From positions 2,530,834 through 2,594,833 of the forward strand of contig JBNZDD010013640.1 in assembly GCA_050575255.1 (NCBI GenBank): a stretch of DNA of 64,000 nucleotides. The letters are read 5' to 3'. A model generated the notes under the pieces. It saw only the letters and a program-made list of their open reading frames with translations. It ran no database searches and was not told the origin of the DNA. Shown piece by piece: positions 38,249 to 52,797 of the stretch. How positions within the stretch are numbered: the first letter of the stretch is position 1; every line of letters starts with the position of its first letter. The position numbers and the translations under genes were made by a program. Origin of the DNA: Harriotta raleighana (lineage: Eukaryota).

Positions 38249-40054
38249 AAAATAATCCCCAATCTCATTCGTAATGCTTTTTAATATGCAAATTAAATTA
38301 ATCATGTACTGTATATCCCTATTACGATATCCCTATTATGTAAATTGCATAGTTTTCAGTTTATTCATTTTAAGGTGTATCTTTGGAGAATATGGACTTT
38401 CTAGACGGATCCTAACAGATTTGTGGAGGGCGGTAACAGCAAACCAGAAAGATGCATATTAACGTTGAAAATTAGGTTAGCTGTTTTTAATAACATAATG
38501 ATATTACATTTGATACAGCACACTTCCAGCCATGAAGTAGTTGGCAAGGACTCCAGGAGAAACTTCTTTCTCTTCTATAATATTCTTGAGAGAAAAAAAG
38601 CATTAAATACCGTGTCAGCTTCTTTTAAAGACAGCGTATACCATGGTTTTATTGCAGGGCGTAAGCTTGCCTTATGGATGCGCTGAGGGTTTCTGTCCCC
38701 AGACAACCTCCAGTTTCAGTAACTTCCAATGACTGGATCCAAACAGTCTGGCTGGGTGATTTCACACTGTTTTCTAATGAGCAATTTCAGACTGTTTTCT
38801 GCATGTGTTCATAGGTGAGCGCAGACATGGTTTGAAAAAAAAACCTATGAAGGTCACCAGTTTGAAAATGTTGTCTCAGTTCATCGTCTGTCAATAGTTG
38901 ACATTTTTAGTTGACAGTTTATGTGATAACTTTGGTGGCTAATCTGAGCACTTTACTTTTCTTGTAGAAAATGGCAGTTTCACCTACGATTGTACATGTT
39001 ACACAGCAATGTTAATGACAATGATTCTGCATATAGAGCAAACTGACTACAGTGTCCTGGCACGTGGTACATGTACTGATAACAAAACAGCACAATAAAG
39101 GATTACTGACAGCATTTGGTGTTCCTAGTGATAATAATAATAAGAATCCTTACATTTGATATAACACCTTAGATGTTGTGAGGGCATCCCAGAGTGCTTA
39201 TTAACAAGATACAGTACATTGGAAAGTGTCTGTAAACACGACACATGGGTTGTTCCAGTGATGGTTATATTGCTCAATGTTGGGGTGAAAATGAACATCG
39301 GTTACATTGAGCTGGTATCTTGGAAGTGACATTGAAACACAGAGCTCCACAGGACAACAAAATACAGCACACAAAAAAGGCATCAGTCAACTTTAGAGCG
39401 AATCTTTGTTCCAAAGCTGTTCACACCCATGGTTCAGTCGATGATTATTCAATGTCTCGCTCACAATTCTTAGCAATGAGGTAACCAGTGAACATCAGCA
39501 GGCTATTCCACCTTGGCAGATATCACAGATGCGTCCTGTCCTCTTTTCACCTGTTGAAGTCCACACATATTCAATAGAACGTCACAGGATAGTAACTGAT
39601 TTTCCCTCCTGCCCTTCAACCAGGCTATTGTTAGAGCCCCTCCTGAAATGCTAATACTGTATTACAAATAATCCTTGATTTTGATACACATTTTTCTATC
39701 AGGGATAGAAGGGATAGTTTTGGGATCTCTAATTTCATGTACTATCCTGCCTGTAGTGGATTACAAGATGTTACACTGTTTATTTCCCTTTCATGCTAAC
39801 TGCATGTTTCTAGACAAATATTAAGTTCTAACTGTGTGCATGTAAATAAACACAAAACAAAAGCAATCTCCAATGGNAAAATACTCCACATAATCTAAGC
39901 AATTTGCCTTATAATACGTAGAAATGTTGCAATTGTTTAAACCAGTGAGCTTCTCTGAATACTGTATATTGAAACAATTGCACAGAATTGTATGAAGACA
40001 TTATAAAATTCTTCAAAATGAAATGGGAGTTTCTTCCTGTAATACCTCCCACAT

Positions 40055-40270
40055 CAACCTGTTCAGGTGGGTGTTAAATGTCCCATGTCACTGCCAAAAA
40101 GTGAATGGAATTTCTCCCGGTATTTTGGCAAATAAATACCCCGAATAAAATTAGACATTCATTGGTGGTCTGTGGGGCTTCACAGTAAATCATTTAATGC
40201 GCTTTGGGACATCATTGCAACATGATAAGGCATTATATCAAATGAAAGCATCATCATTATTATTAATTAT
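40055..40270 (+). mobile_element. DeuSINE-like fragment
   Basis: CCTGTTCAGGTGGGTGTTAAATGTCCCATG core and L2-type tail. Confidence 0.65.
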
Positions 40271-40439
40271 TATTTTATTTCTTCTTCTTATTAGTGCTGC
40301 AAGTAGGCTACCACATTCACCTCCTAAATAAACAGCCACTACATTTTAATTCGATGTTTAATCATTTATAATTCATCAATACGTCTCAATTATGTCATTC
40401 AGAATACTGAGCGAGTTTCAAAAAAATGAATAGAATATC

Positions 40440-41060
40440 TGATGCTGCCCACTGACAAAACTGGCATTGATTTCCATCATGTCAAGCTTTTGCACTATTT
40501 GACTGATCTCATTTGCAAGACAGCCGTTCGGTGAAATTGTGGAGCACCAACATTCAAAAGGAAGTACAGGGTGCATTGAAGCTTTCTGTATCAATTCAAA
40601 TTCAATCAAAAAAAATTACCTGGTAGTATTTTTAGACCCAGCCGCACAACATGCTGCCATACAGATGACGAATTTGATAGCTCAGTAGCAAATAAGAATG
40701 TAATTTTCTCTTGCAAGCAATAGTATACATTTGAACGAGACTGAAAACAGCAGGATGCTCAGTGTGCAATACTCTTGTGTTCCTGAAGATGCCATGGAAA
40801 TGAACAAAAACAATTTCTGGAAACAGAGGTTAGTTCCATCTGTATTCTGGAAGGGTCAAACTCCATTGACGAAGGAGAGAAAAATATTCTGGCGGTTTGA
40901 GACATTTTCATTCCTTTCATGGAGTGCAAGCAATTTTTGGGAAGTGCGATCAAAGTTTCAGCACAGTTAAACAGTGGAGAACAAAAGGCCACTGGCAGAG
41001 ACTCTCTGTACAGATCATGCACAGTTTATATAAGATGGTCGCATTATGAAATAAGCAGAG
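40440..41060 (+). pseudogene. Fossil hAT transposase C-terminus (dimerisation domain)
   Basis: YLVVFLDP, PSVFWK, CDQSFSTVK..RTK motifs in hAT order, with stops and frameshifts. Confidence 0.5.
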
Positions 41061-41436
41061 AAACAACAGGAAATAGAGTTGCTTAGTGATATAGGAATTT
41101 CACAACAATTATACAATTTTTTTCGCCCAGTGGAGAACAAAAGGCCACTGGCAGAGACTCTCTGTACAGATCATGCACAGTTTATATAAGATGGTCGCAT
41201 TATGAAATAAGCAGAGAAACAACAGGAAATAGAGTTGCTTAGTGATATAGGAATTTCACAACAATTATACAATTTTTTTCGCCCCCCCCCCCCCCATCCA
41301 CCCAATGGAGAAACATTTAATGAGAAAATCTTCAACATTTTATTTGCACATTTCCAGCAACAATCAGCAAGGATCAATATTTGGGATTGAATACCCCAAA
41401 AATAAACAAGTCATCACAATTACGAGGAACTACATA

Positions 41437-41752
41437 GTAATAAATAATAATCCTTGTTTTTCATATACAGTAGTGCTTTTCACGTCTTCTAGACTTCTCA
41501 AAGTGCTTCACAGTAAAGTAAATACTGTAAAGTGAATTGACTGTACATTTGTGGGTGAAACTCAGCAGCCAGTTGCTCACAGCAGTGTCCCACAAACTGT
41601 TGTGGCCTGGAGTGACTAATTTATTGTTGATTTATTTTCTTGATGGATTATTTATTACCAGGCGGGTGGGATAAGGGAATTGAAAAAGTGGGAATTGAAC
41701 TTAGATCTCTCATTTGCAAGGCGAGTGCTCTAACCACTGAGCTACAGGAGTT
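41437..41752 (-). mobile_element. tRNA-headed SINE
   Basis: Reverse complement of CTCCTGTAGCTCAGTGGTTAGAGCACTCGCC through tail. Confidence 0.85.
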
Positions 41753-42937
41753 CAAGCACTATTAGACTATAAAGCACCTATATCCATCCACACTCTATAT
41801 CCATTTATTTCCATTTGTTGTTCTGTTCTGGAGGAATGTTTCTGATTATTTTATTTACAATTCAGAACATATCAATTTTACAACACAGAGCTAATTAGGA
41901 CACAGGATGAAGAAAGTACACAGCATTTGAGAGCAGTCTGTTTCACTGTTGCAAGGTATTATAGCCACCACCTTCCTCCTGATTGAATTGGAAAGGAAAG
42001 CTGCCCATATGTATCTCAAAAATAATAATTGTCATAATTATCCTTACATTTAGTACAGCGTCTTTCAGGTCATGAAGACGTCTCAAAGCACTTCTCAGGC
42101 TATGCTGCCAAGTGGATTGACTGTATTTGTAAGCAAACAAAATAATTATCCGATACTACAAGTTGGGGAATATCTCAAGCTGGAAGCCGAGATCTCCAGC
42201 CAGCCGTTGTTGTATAGAACTGCTGGAACGGGTAGAATGGTTTCAGTTGTTCTGTTTTACAGACAGGGAATGAGACAGTTACAGAAGCAAGTGCCTGGTG
42301 TTACATTCAGCGCGTTGGCTAATAAAACACGAGAGGGATGCTGTGATATGATGTACGGCTGAGCTGGATAGGTTGTTATCTGTGATTGAGAGGATGTTAA
42401 CGTAAGTAACGGACTCAGCTGATGGAAGATGCCCAGAGACCATCGCGAGTGGCTGCTCCTGAACTGGTAATATTATTTTGTGATTTCTTACGGGATTCAT
42501 TAAGAATGGGAATTCCTTCTGGTATGCAAAGTGATCCCTGCTCCAGCATCATCTAATTCCAGAGAGGAGTGGCCCTGGATTAATGGGAATTATAATAGTT
42601 TGACCCAATTGATAGTCGGAAAATATCCTCCCACTGAGCAGTTGCAATGTTATTTTTATTTCTAACAACAATTATCTGAAAACCAAACACATTGCATTGT
42701 CAGAAAAATATAAAAGATGCAGAATGCAGTTCCATTTGCAAGCAGTAGACCAACCCTCAACCCTCTATATTCAAATGTCGGGTGAAAAAGTAACAAATTA
42801 TAGATCAGGTACCCCAGAATTCAATTTATATGCAAAGAAAATAAGGATTCACCAAAGCATGTCTTCAAGGGTAAACATATGCCTTGAGCATATTTCCAAA
42901 CAATAGTGTTTCAACACTAATAATAATAATGAGCCTA

Positions 42938-44065
42938 CTACTACAACAACAACAATAAAATTAGACTTGTATAGCGCCTTTCGTGTCGGGAGGATGTCCC
43001 AAAGTGCTGAACAGTCAGGTCGGGACCCGAGCAATGGGGGAGGGTCGGGGGTAGGGGTAGAGGGAAGGAGAGTGAGAGAGGGGGAAGAGTTAAGTGGGGA
43101 GCCGAAGGCGCAGTTGAAGAGGAAGGTCTTGAGACCGGCCTTGAAGGAGGAAAGGGAGGAAGCAAGGCGGAGGGACTGTGGGATGGAGTTCCAGAGTGTG
43201 GGGGCAGAGGGGCTGAAAGCCCGGCCACTGATGGTTGGGGGGTTAGGGCAGTGGACTCGGAGCAGGCCTGAGTCTGCTGAACAGAGGGTGTGGGCAGGCT
43301 GATAGGGAGACAGCAGGTCAGAGAGATAGGCGGGGGCAAGGCCGTAAGTGGCCTTGAAAGTGAGGATGAAGATCTTGAATTTGATCCTCTGGGGATGGAG
43401 ATGGGAGATGGTGGGAGTGATATGGTCACAAAGCGGGAGGGTACACAGGCTGCAGAATTCTGAATGATCTGCAGCCTGTGAAGGGAGGAGTTGTGAAGGC
43501 CGACGAGGAGAGAGTTCCCGTAGTCAAGCCTGGAGGTGATAAAGGCATGGATCAGGGTTTCGGCGGCCTGGGGGGTGAAATAATGGTGGAGCCTGGCAAT
43601 ATTGCGGAGTTGGTGGAAAGCGATACCAGTCAGGGAGCAGATATGAGGGAGGAAGGACAGTTCAGGGTCAAACAAGACCCCCAGATTCCTGACTGGCTTC
43701 GAGAGATGGAGGGAGCAGCCTTGAATGCTGGTGTTGTCAGCGCCTGAGGTGCAGAGACACTGATGTGAGCCAATCAGGAGGACCTCCGTCTTGTTGACGT
43801 TGAGTTGGAGGAAGTTGGCCCTCATCCAGGACTTAATGTCGTTCAGACACGCAGTCAGAACCCCAGTAGTCCTGGAGTCGAGGGAGGAGGCGGAGACATA
43901 GAGTTGAGTGTCATCCGCATACATGTGGAAATTTACCCCATGTCTGTGGATGATGTCGCCCAGGGGGAATATATAGAGGGTGAAGAGCAGGGGGCCAAGG
44001 ACAGAGCCCTGGGGAACGCCGCATGTGACTGTGCGGGGGCTGGAGGAAATCTATTGGAAGATACA
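42938..44065 (-). mobile_element. L2 LINE, RT to 3' end (best-preserved copy)
   Basis: GVPQGSVLGPLLF, MYADDTQLY, NFLQLN..KTE, RNLGVLFD, SRLDYGNSLL; L2 terminus. Confidence 0.95.
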
Positions 44066-47000
44066 AAGTGAAGCCTAAGACATTCTTCAAATATTAATCC
44101 TTGCCTTTTTGATATAGCGCCTTCTCACATCTTTGAGATGTCTGAACATCCTTCACAGAATGTACAACTGTATAAAATAAATGCAGGAACTAATTGTGCA
44201 GAGCGATGTCCCACAAAAAGTCATGTATTGAGTGACCAATTTTTTTTTAAAAAAAAGGTATTATTAGATGCAGAAAACCAGTTTCCCACTCACTGCTAGG
44301 TAAATAGGTACGTGTGGAGTAAGGAAACTTGTTTAACGTTCATCCTGCCCAGGAATCAATCCCAGTTGCTCTAACCAACATTCTGCAGGAATCCAGAGGA
44401 ATGCAACTGAATCCAAATACAGATTGTCCATTATGATGTGCAACAGTATTTTTGATGGTAATAATAATACAATAATATCAATCAAGCTTTGTAAACTGAG
44501 CATCAAAAGCAGCCATTGGTATTGAAATACTGTAGAAGGTTTCATATTCAGACATCTCTAATCCATGAAATTAGACTCATTCCTGAAAATTAAAGGAATT
44601 CAAGGTGATAAGATAAATGAGCTAAATTAATCTTTTGAGAATTTGGATGGGTACGTTAGAAAAAAAAATGCTCTACTCCTACCTGAATCTGTTATTGTGG
44701 AAAGAAAATGTAGAATTATTTATGACAGTTACATTATGCTCACTTCTGAACAACTGCTGATGCCTTTCTTGGTGGCTGCATTGCTCATTGGATTTCGCCC
44801 ACAAATATATAGTCAATTTTCCTACTCCTTCCCACTACCACGACCCCTCGCTCCCTGCTCTGGCCCCTACCATTTTCTCCCCTTTGTTTCTCCCTACCCC
44901 GACCTCCACCCGCCCTCCCCCACTGCTCTGGTCCCTACCTTGGGACGTTGTCGTATTCTGTAAAGCACTTTGGGACGTCGATAAGATGTGGAAAGCGCTA
45001 TATCAATCTAAATACAGTATTATTATATTATTATTTTATTTCTCTGTGGCATTTGGCTGCTGGTTGGTAAAATACTGGCTAAATAAACTGTCTAACTAAA
45101 AGTATCCAAACCAGATATAGATTTCCACATATGCATAGCATCTTATCTCCTTGGATGGTGACTGAAAGCATCCCATTTAATATTCTCAAGAAATGTTCCT
45201 GTAACATATCTGGGCTAATAGACCTACAATTTCCAGCATGATGTTTCGTTCCTTTGTTATCCTCGAACCCTCTCAAACAGCTAGGGAGTTATTAGGGCTC
45301 ATACAAATATGAGCTGAACTCCTTCGTCATTTCTTTGAGAATCCTAAGATGCTACACATCTGGCTCAGTGGTCTTGGTAACATTTTTTTGAGGGTCTACA
45401 TGAAACAAGGACAAAGATATCAAAACAGTTTTGTTAAGGATTCCTGAGTCATAATTGTTATAATAATACTGCACTTACATTTGATGTAGCGTTTTTCACG
45501 TTGGTAGGACATCTCAAAGCACTTCACTATTTATACTGTAACATTGTGTGACTGTGTATTTCATTGCATGATCATGGCAGTCAATTTGTGCTCAACAGAG
45601 TCCTTCAAACAGCCAACAATGATTAACCAATTTTACCTCGAGGAGGAACTCCCTTCACTTTATAAATACAGTAGTGTTATGGGATCTTTAACATCCTTCT
45701 GACTCATAACACTGGCATGCCTCTGTCTTACACAACAGCAACAAAAATATATACTTGTATAATGCCCTTCATGTCAGGAGGATGTCCCAAGGCGCTGGGA
45801 AACAGGCCTCATGTACACAACCAACACAAAATTGACAGTTAAAAACAGTAACGCAACTGGAATGTCAAGCAAATAAGTGGTTTCATCCTGGATCCTGATA
45901 AATGATTTATTTCCTCTTGAAAGCACTTATCTTTGATTAGTTAAGGTACAACAGAATTCAGAATTTACAGTTTTAGAATATTGAATGCATTATTGAATAA
46001 ACATGAACAGTTTATGAAACAAAATGTTACGACAGGTTCAGAGAGTTTAGGATTATATTGATGGAACTTTTACCATTTATAGTCAACACATTAACACTGG
46101 ACATTTTAAACAGCTGGTAAGGCCATGTGTCAGGAGAATACCTCAGTCTCCTTTATTTAAAATACTGGAAATTAATTGCAGTCATTTTTTTTTTAGATGA
46201 TATCATAATTGCTCCTTGGGCATGACTTTAAAGGAATATAAATGCCAGTGATTCGCAATGTTTTATCAATTCATGTGAAATTACTTGAAATAATACTGCA
46301 AAAAATATCTGCCAATATAATTGCAATGAACAACTTGTATGATCAGAAATAGAGCGTGATTACAGATGGACTGAATAGAATCCAGTTGAACCTAGTTAAG
46401 GAAACATGCCATCACAATCTTCCACTACTAACTTGCATGATTTCTTTTGCAATTAAAATTGATACTGACCATATGAAAAGAAAAATATAGATATGGAAAG
46501 TGAACAGCCTTCCCATCCCAGAATGAGCATATATCATATACTTGATTCAAAATGGGGCAAGGCATTCACAACAAGGAGTCTTATGGACTCCAACTCAAAA
46601 GCAGGAAGGTTGACATACAATCTAAATTGAACTATTTTACACCAAGGTATAGTTATCGAAGAAAGTGGATAGTGTGGCCAGTTTAAAGAGGAAATGGTAT
46701 GTATTTTTGCTGGTAGAGAGGATTGAGGGATTTGTCAGATTCAGAGAGATGATGATTTAAAATGTGACTATAGTATTTAGACAGTATGGTCTGTTCATTT
46801 TCACTTCTGCACATACTTATGAAGTTCTACTCAACTATTCTCAGCATCCTTTCACTCAGAGAACTCTCTGTCTCAATCCTTCTACCTTGAGCCCTTTTTG
46901 CTCGTCTTCAAATCACACCTGAAGACCATGTGTGAAGGTCTTCCCTCCACTCCCCCAAGCTTGGTGTCTTCTCTCCGCTCCCCCAAGCTTACACCATTTT

Positions 47001-47540
47001 TAAACGCTCTGAGGCCCTACTCTGTGTGAAAGGCATACATAAATGCAAGTCATTCCTGAAGCTACTGAAATTCGCCAGTCCTCTGTGTCTGTCTGTGTGT
47101 GTCTCTTGTGTGTGTTTCTCTCTGGATCTGAGAGAGTATGTGTTTCTCTCTGTGTCTGAGTGGGTTTATATCCCAAAATAAATTAAATTAATTCTTCCAA
47201 TTCTAAAATAATAATCCTTGCATTTGAATACCCATCAGTAAAGATTGAAGGCTTCCCAGTACTTTTGGAACTATAGATACAAAATACTGCACAAAACAAT
47301 TTGCAATCTAATTTACATTTATATAGCGCCTTTCATGTCAGGGAGACATCTCTACCTACTTCACATTTCTAAATGGGATGGGAGCTGAAGAAGGTGGGGA
47401 GGAGGAAAGGTGACTTAAAGTGCAGTCAAAGAGTTTGAAACCGGCCTGAAATAATATTACCTTAATTAATATAATACTTTGATGCAATATTGCACAGAGC
47501 TGAAGGGTTAATTTACTGTTTTCAACTTATCTATAGTTCT

Positions 47541-47775
47541 AATTCCACTTGGGCCTAAATTTACTATTTTAACGTGGTATTTCAGGCATGCAGAATTTGT
47601 CAAATTCTTAAATGTAGTCTTTTTAATTGTAAAGTCATTTTTCTGTAGATTTATTTTAGGAACTACAAAAAACAGACTTCAAAGTTAAACCTGAATTCAA
47701 TCATTTGTCAAATACCTTGCACTCTGAAATGTTATGTTATCAGAGTAAATTTAGCCCCAGGTGAAATTTCTACCC
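47541..47775. mobile_element. Old MITE-like element, same family as 6278-6458
   Basis: AATTCCACTTGGGCCTAAATTTACT / AGTAAATTTAGCCCCAGGTGAAATTT inverted arms. Confidence 0.55.
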
Positions 47776-48674
47776 GTTTATTATTAAAGGGAAAACTAAC
47801 ATCAAAGTATTTTCAAACGAACAGTGAAGGAAATTCAACCAGAAACAAAATTGGCTGAATTAAAATTAATGAAACTTCACTCATCTTGAAGGAGATGCAC
47901 TTTGTCAGATTGACAAATGTGCCAATTTTGGAGAATATAACTTGAGAGTTACAAAAATAGAAATTGGGAAGTTCATCAGATGTTTGGCAGCAATGGACGT
48001 TTAGTTAATACAAGACAGATGTGCAATGTTATGCCCCATTTTGTACTCAATACATTAAGCAACATGTGCTTCAACTAAAGTTCCTGAAAAATACTAATTT
48101 CTAAATCATTATTTTGCATGTAAACAATTTTGTCAGTTTTGGATGTGCTGTACACTGACACTCAGAATGGGAATAGCAGAAATTCCCACTCAATAGCAAC
48201 AACAAAAGTGGTATTTGTATAGTGCCTTTCACATGGGAAGGACATCAAAAGGTGTATAACAAAATTATACTTGTTTTGCACCTTTCACATCAGGACGTCC
48301 CAAAGCACTGGAACAGAGTGTTGTGGACCTGAGCTGGGTTTGGGATCGGAGTGTGGGTGGAGGGAAGGGATGGGAACGAGAGTGACCGATGGCATGGTCG
48401 AAGAGGAGGATCTTGAGGCGGGACTTGAAGGAGGCAACATTTTATTTTATACAGAAATTAACTACCGGGAGGTGCGATGTCTCTTTAGGCAGAACTCCTG
48501 CTCCGCCGGGCTGGGGAGAGTTCTAGTTCTCGCTATATTTAACAAAAGACAAGAGCACAGCATACTCAAATCCTCCCATTTTGATGTTTTTTTGCATTAC
48601 TTTGGGAGTCCGCAATACGAGGGACCCTGTCGATATGTTGCACCGACCTCACTGACGTTAAAAACGCCTCTGTG

Positions 48675-48890
48675 ATAAGCCCTCAAGAAAAAATAATAAT
48701 AATTTTGTCACTCAATACACGATTGTTTGTGGCACACTTGCTCTGCACAATTGGTTTCACTGCTGTGCTCATATATTGCACAAATATTTAGTCAATTCAC
48801 TTAACAGTATATTCTGGAAAGCGCTTTGAGACATCTCAAAGGTGTGAAAAGCGCTATATTAAATGCAAGGCTTATTATTTATTATTATAA
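48675..48890 (+). mobile_element. SINE body and tail without a tRNA head
   Basis: CCCTCAAGAAAAAA..TGTTTGTGG..GTGAAAAGCGCTATAT. Confidence 0.8.
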
Positions 48891-49279
48891 TGCAACAGTG
48901 TGGCATGCAATGCTTCAGTTTTGTTCAAGCGACATGAATTTATTTCTCCCAGATGATGAACACAGCTGTGCTTGTTAGTTTCAACAACACAGCATTGCAG
49001 ATGAAGCTAATGTTCTTCATCTGCTTCACCATTAAACTCACAAAAATGAATTGAGTTTCACCTGACAGAAGTTGACTTTTAAACAGTACTCCATTATCCA
49101 GCATTCTTCTAGGGCTGCAGGGTTGCAGATTTATAACTCATCCCTTGTTCAACGTGAAACGCTTTGCTACTGGAGAGCTGGAAATGAATACTTGCCTCAC
49201 CAAACCCAGCCTGGTCAGTTTGAGAAAAGGCCGAGTGGCTTTTCAGTGCAGGTTTGCAGATATCTATACAAATCATATT

Positions 49280-49600
49280 AAACCTTGCACTTGACATTGA
49301 GGCGTACATGTCACGTTGTCAAGACACCTCAAAGCGCTTCACAGGGTACAGTATAGAGTGATGTGACTGTGTGTATTTTGTAGGTGAATGAGAAGCCAAT
49401 TTGTGCACAGCAATGTCCCACATCAGCCATGGAGTGAGTGATCAATTTTATTTAGGGGATGTTTGGGGAAGATTCAGTGAGAAACTCTTTTTGAAACGTG
49501 CATGGGATTTTTCATTGGAATAGGCAGACAGGACCTTAGTTGAACGTTTCATCCAAAGTACAGCACAGCTGAGAATGCTGCACACTCCCAGCACTGACCT
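49280..49600 (-). mobile_element. Old DeuSINE-like SINE
   Basis: Reverse complement of Deu-type body (CATGGGATTTT, GCACAGCAATGTCCCAC) and L2-type tail. Confidence 0.65.
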
Positions 49601-51231
49601 CAACTACTAGGGTTCTACATCCCATTCATAACAGAGCTGAGATAGTAAATTATGGAGAGCCAGATTTTTTTGTGCAAAATTATTACATGGTTTCAGAAGT
49701 GCTGGGATTTCATTGTTATTTGACGTAATAGAACTGAGAAACATGTATATTTTTCATTAAGCAAAAGGAAGCCTGGTAGAAGAAAAAAGATAATTGGCTA
49801 AAATCAAGTTTTTATTTTCTTAACTAAGCAAAGCCTATTTTACTGTGGATTGCACCCATCCATTCTTTGTCCTGTTGCGCAATTTCAGTAGAGATGCTTC
49901 GTCCCAAAAGATAATGTGAGGATGTAAATTATAATTTCTTCAGTTCCAACTGAAATAAATACAAAAGCCACCAAAATACACATTTCAACTAGTCGGTAAA
50001 GTTACCAAACTTGGCTAGGTGCATTTATAGTGGGATTTTCAGCAGATTTCAATATCCCAGTTTCTCTTTCTAATGCTACCTTTAAGCTTTCTCAAAGTCA
50101 ATGTTAACCAATTTAACAGACAACAGAATGTGTTCCAACACAAATGCAACATCTGGTTTGAGAGAGATTACACCAAGATTCAGCACATAGGAAAAAAATA
50201 TGATATTTTATGCGCAAATATTTTGTAAAGTACAATAAAAAACATATTTCCTTTTCCTTAAGTTTGGCAAAGCATAGAACGGAAGTTAGAGTGCCAAAAA
50301 TAACATCCTTAATTAAGATTATTATTTTTGAGAAAGATATTCTTGAAACAAAGACAATTAGTAACATTACAATGAACTCCAGTTGCATGGAAAATAGTGA
50401 GACGAGAACTCATTTGATTTATGCTGGTGGTTTATGTTCTGTTTACACTGCACGTTGTTTGATGAATTTTGGTAGGATTGGCATATCAATCAAGACTGAA
50501 AATAACAGATCTCCAACTGGAGCAACGCTCTAGACACATAGTGGTGGTTTTAAGAGCAATGTATTCACACAGTATAAAGACAGCATGGTAGAATTGATTC
50601 TGATTCCATTTCCTTGTGATGTGTTGTAAGCCTGCATCTGGCTGATCTATGACACAAAGATATTATCAAAACCAGCAACAACTTGCATTACATTAGTCCA
50701 TGTCATGTAAATGAAATGACTTGGAGCGTTTTCCAAAAAGAGATTACAAATAATTGGACCAAAGAGCTGACTGCTGTTATGTAGAAAACAAAGCAGCTAA
50801 TTTGTGCTTCCAATGTTCTACAAAGCACAGGAGTAGCTGCTTTTTTTTAAGAAAAGGGATAAATTTGGATGAGGAAAGGCAGACAGAACCTAAAATTAAT
50901 GACATTGCAAAAAAATAATAATCTGGAAATAAATAAATAAATGATAAACTTGGTCTCAAAAAGCAATGTTGCTATTTAGATATACAGTAATACAGTCAAG
51001 TAATGGGATCTTTAATACTGTAACACAAAACAACTCATTACAGTGTTGAATTCCAAAATGAGAAATATTTCTTTTTAAAATGACCCTCGGTTAGATTATG
51101 GAGCAGGAAGTATAAATCTGGATTCCCATTGCCACAAAGCAATGCTATCCAGCAGACAGCCATACTATCGTACTTTACTCCCGGCATCAATTTTTTCATA
51201 AGCATTTTATTTTGAGGTTGAGGACTATCTT

Positions 51232-51536
51232 AGTCCTGTAGCTCAGTGGTTAGAGCACTCGCCTTACAAGTGTGAGGCCTGTGTTTGAATCCAGGCAGGG
51301 TGAAACCTTGGGCAAGTTTCCTTACTCCACACGCCTAATAATAATCCCTCAAAAAACAATAATAGATTGGTCTTTTCAATCCACGACTGTTTGTGGGACA
51401 CGACTGTGTGCAATTGGCTGCCACATTTAGCCCACAAATATAAAATTAATTCACTTTACAGTATATTCTGTGAAGCACTTGAAGACATCCAGAAGACATG
51501 AAAAGCGCTATATAAAATGCAAGGATTATTATTATT
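51232..51536 (+). mobile_element. Full-length tRNA-headed SINE
   Basis: TAGCTCAGTGGTTAGAGCACTCGCCTTACAAG head, B box GTTTGAATCC, (ATT)n tail. Confidence 0.92.
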
Positions 51537-52274
51537 CTATTTATCTTCCTCCATTACATCAAATCAACTTGACTTTCAGTATTTATTAGGAACTGACTTG
51601 GTACGGTATTTATTTGAGATGTAATTCCAAACTACAAACATTCAGAGGCTTGTCACAAAACTAAGTGCAATATGTATAGATTTAGTCAACTGTTAATCAT
51701 CATTCAGAAATGCACAGTGTTGAAGCTACCATCATTAATCCTACCAGAGTATAGGGATGGGTATTTTTACAGATCAACCATATGGACTGTCCTAGCTGTT
51801 AAAGTCTGACATCACATTTCTGCCAAATGAATCATACAACACAGCAAAGCTACTCTACTGATGACTTGATACAGAACACAATTCTAACATTGATGGGGAG
51901 CAATTGTACATTTAATAACCAGTGTAACACTGTGATGACAGTGAGTTGTTTTTTAGGGAGTATGAGATCAAATGATTTGAAGGACGTTGTTTACCCCATC
52001 TCCTTTGTGACTTGTGGACTGATCAGCCTCATTGCTACTGTGTCGTAAAGGTCAGGAGAATCCACCTAGTTTGTGCTGGGTTACCTCTCCTCAGCTGGTT
52101 CTGCTCAGTATACCTTGTATGTATTGCAGCCCCATGCCCAGATCAATGACTTCCCGAATAATATAGTTCTATAGACACTGGTGGGTTGGGGGCAAAGTTA
52201 CCCCAGAGGAGAGGAGACTCTTGTAAGACCTGGAGCAATGGGCATTACTGGACACTCTCCAGGTATGAGCTGCC

Positions 52275-52630
52275 ACTTTCATGAAGTGAAACAAAGACGT
52301 TGATAAATACATAAATAAACATTTTTTAAAAAGCTTCATAGGATATACAATGTGTTCTGTGTGAAAATATTGCAGCCAATTTGCATGCAGCATAGTCTCA
52401 CAAAGAGTCATGTAGTGAATGACCAATTGCATTGGGGTGTTGTTTTCAGGCCCTCCTCAACCAGTGTCTTGGGATCTTTTTCCACCTCTGCCAAAAGCCT
52501 GGACAATACCTCCATCAATACAGCCACCCCCAGCACTGCAATGGAATTTCAGCCTAAATGCTGATGTTGAGATTGAAATTACAGTACATCATTCTGATTC
52601 GAGAAGAGAGTGATTAAAACTGAGCCAGCA
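52275..52630 (-). mobile_element. Old DeuSINE-like SINE
   Basis: TGGGATCTTTT, CAGCACTGCA and a degenerate tRNA head on the minus strand. Confidence 0.6.
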
Positions 52631-52797
52631 TGACCCCTCCAAGATGTCATTAAACATTATAGTGTAATATGTTTGTGTGACGCTGCTGTGTCAATTGGCT
52701 GTCACGTTTCGCCCACAAATATACTGTCAAGTCACTTTACAGAATATTCTGTGAAGCGCTTTGAGACGTCTTGAAGACGTGAAAAGCGCTATATCGT

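Noticed and set aside
40972-41283. Exact 156-bp tandem duplication
   Set aside because: Identical copies ending at a poly-C run within old sequence; most likely a gap-closing artefact
42262-42401. Plus-strand exon-like segment (TTTTACAG ... GTAAGT)
   Set aside because: No convincing coding frame or supporting context; at most a non-coding exon
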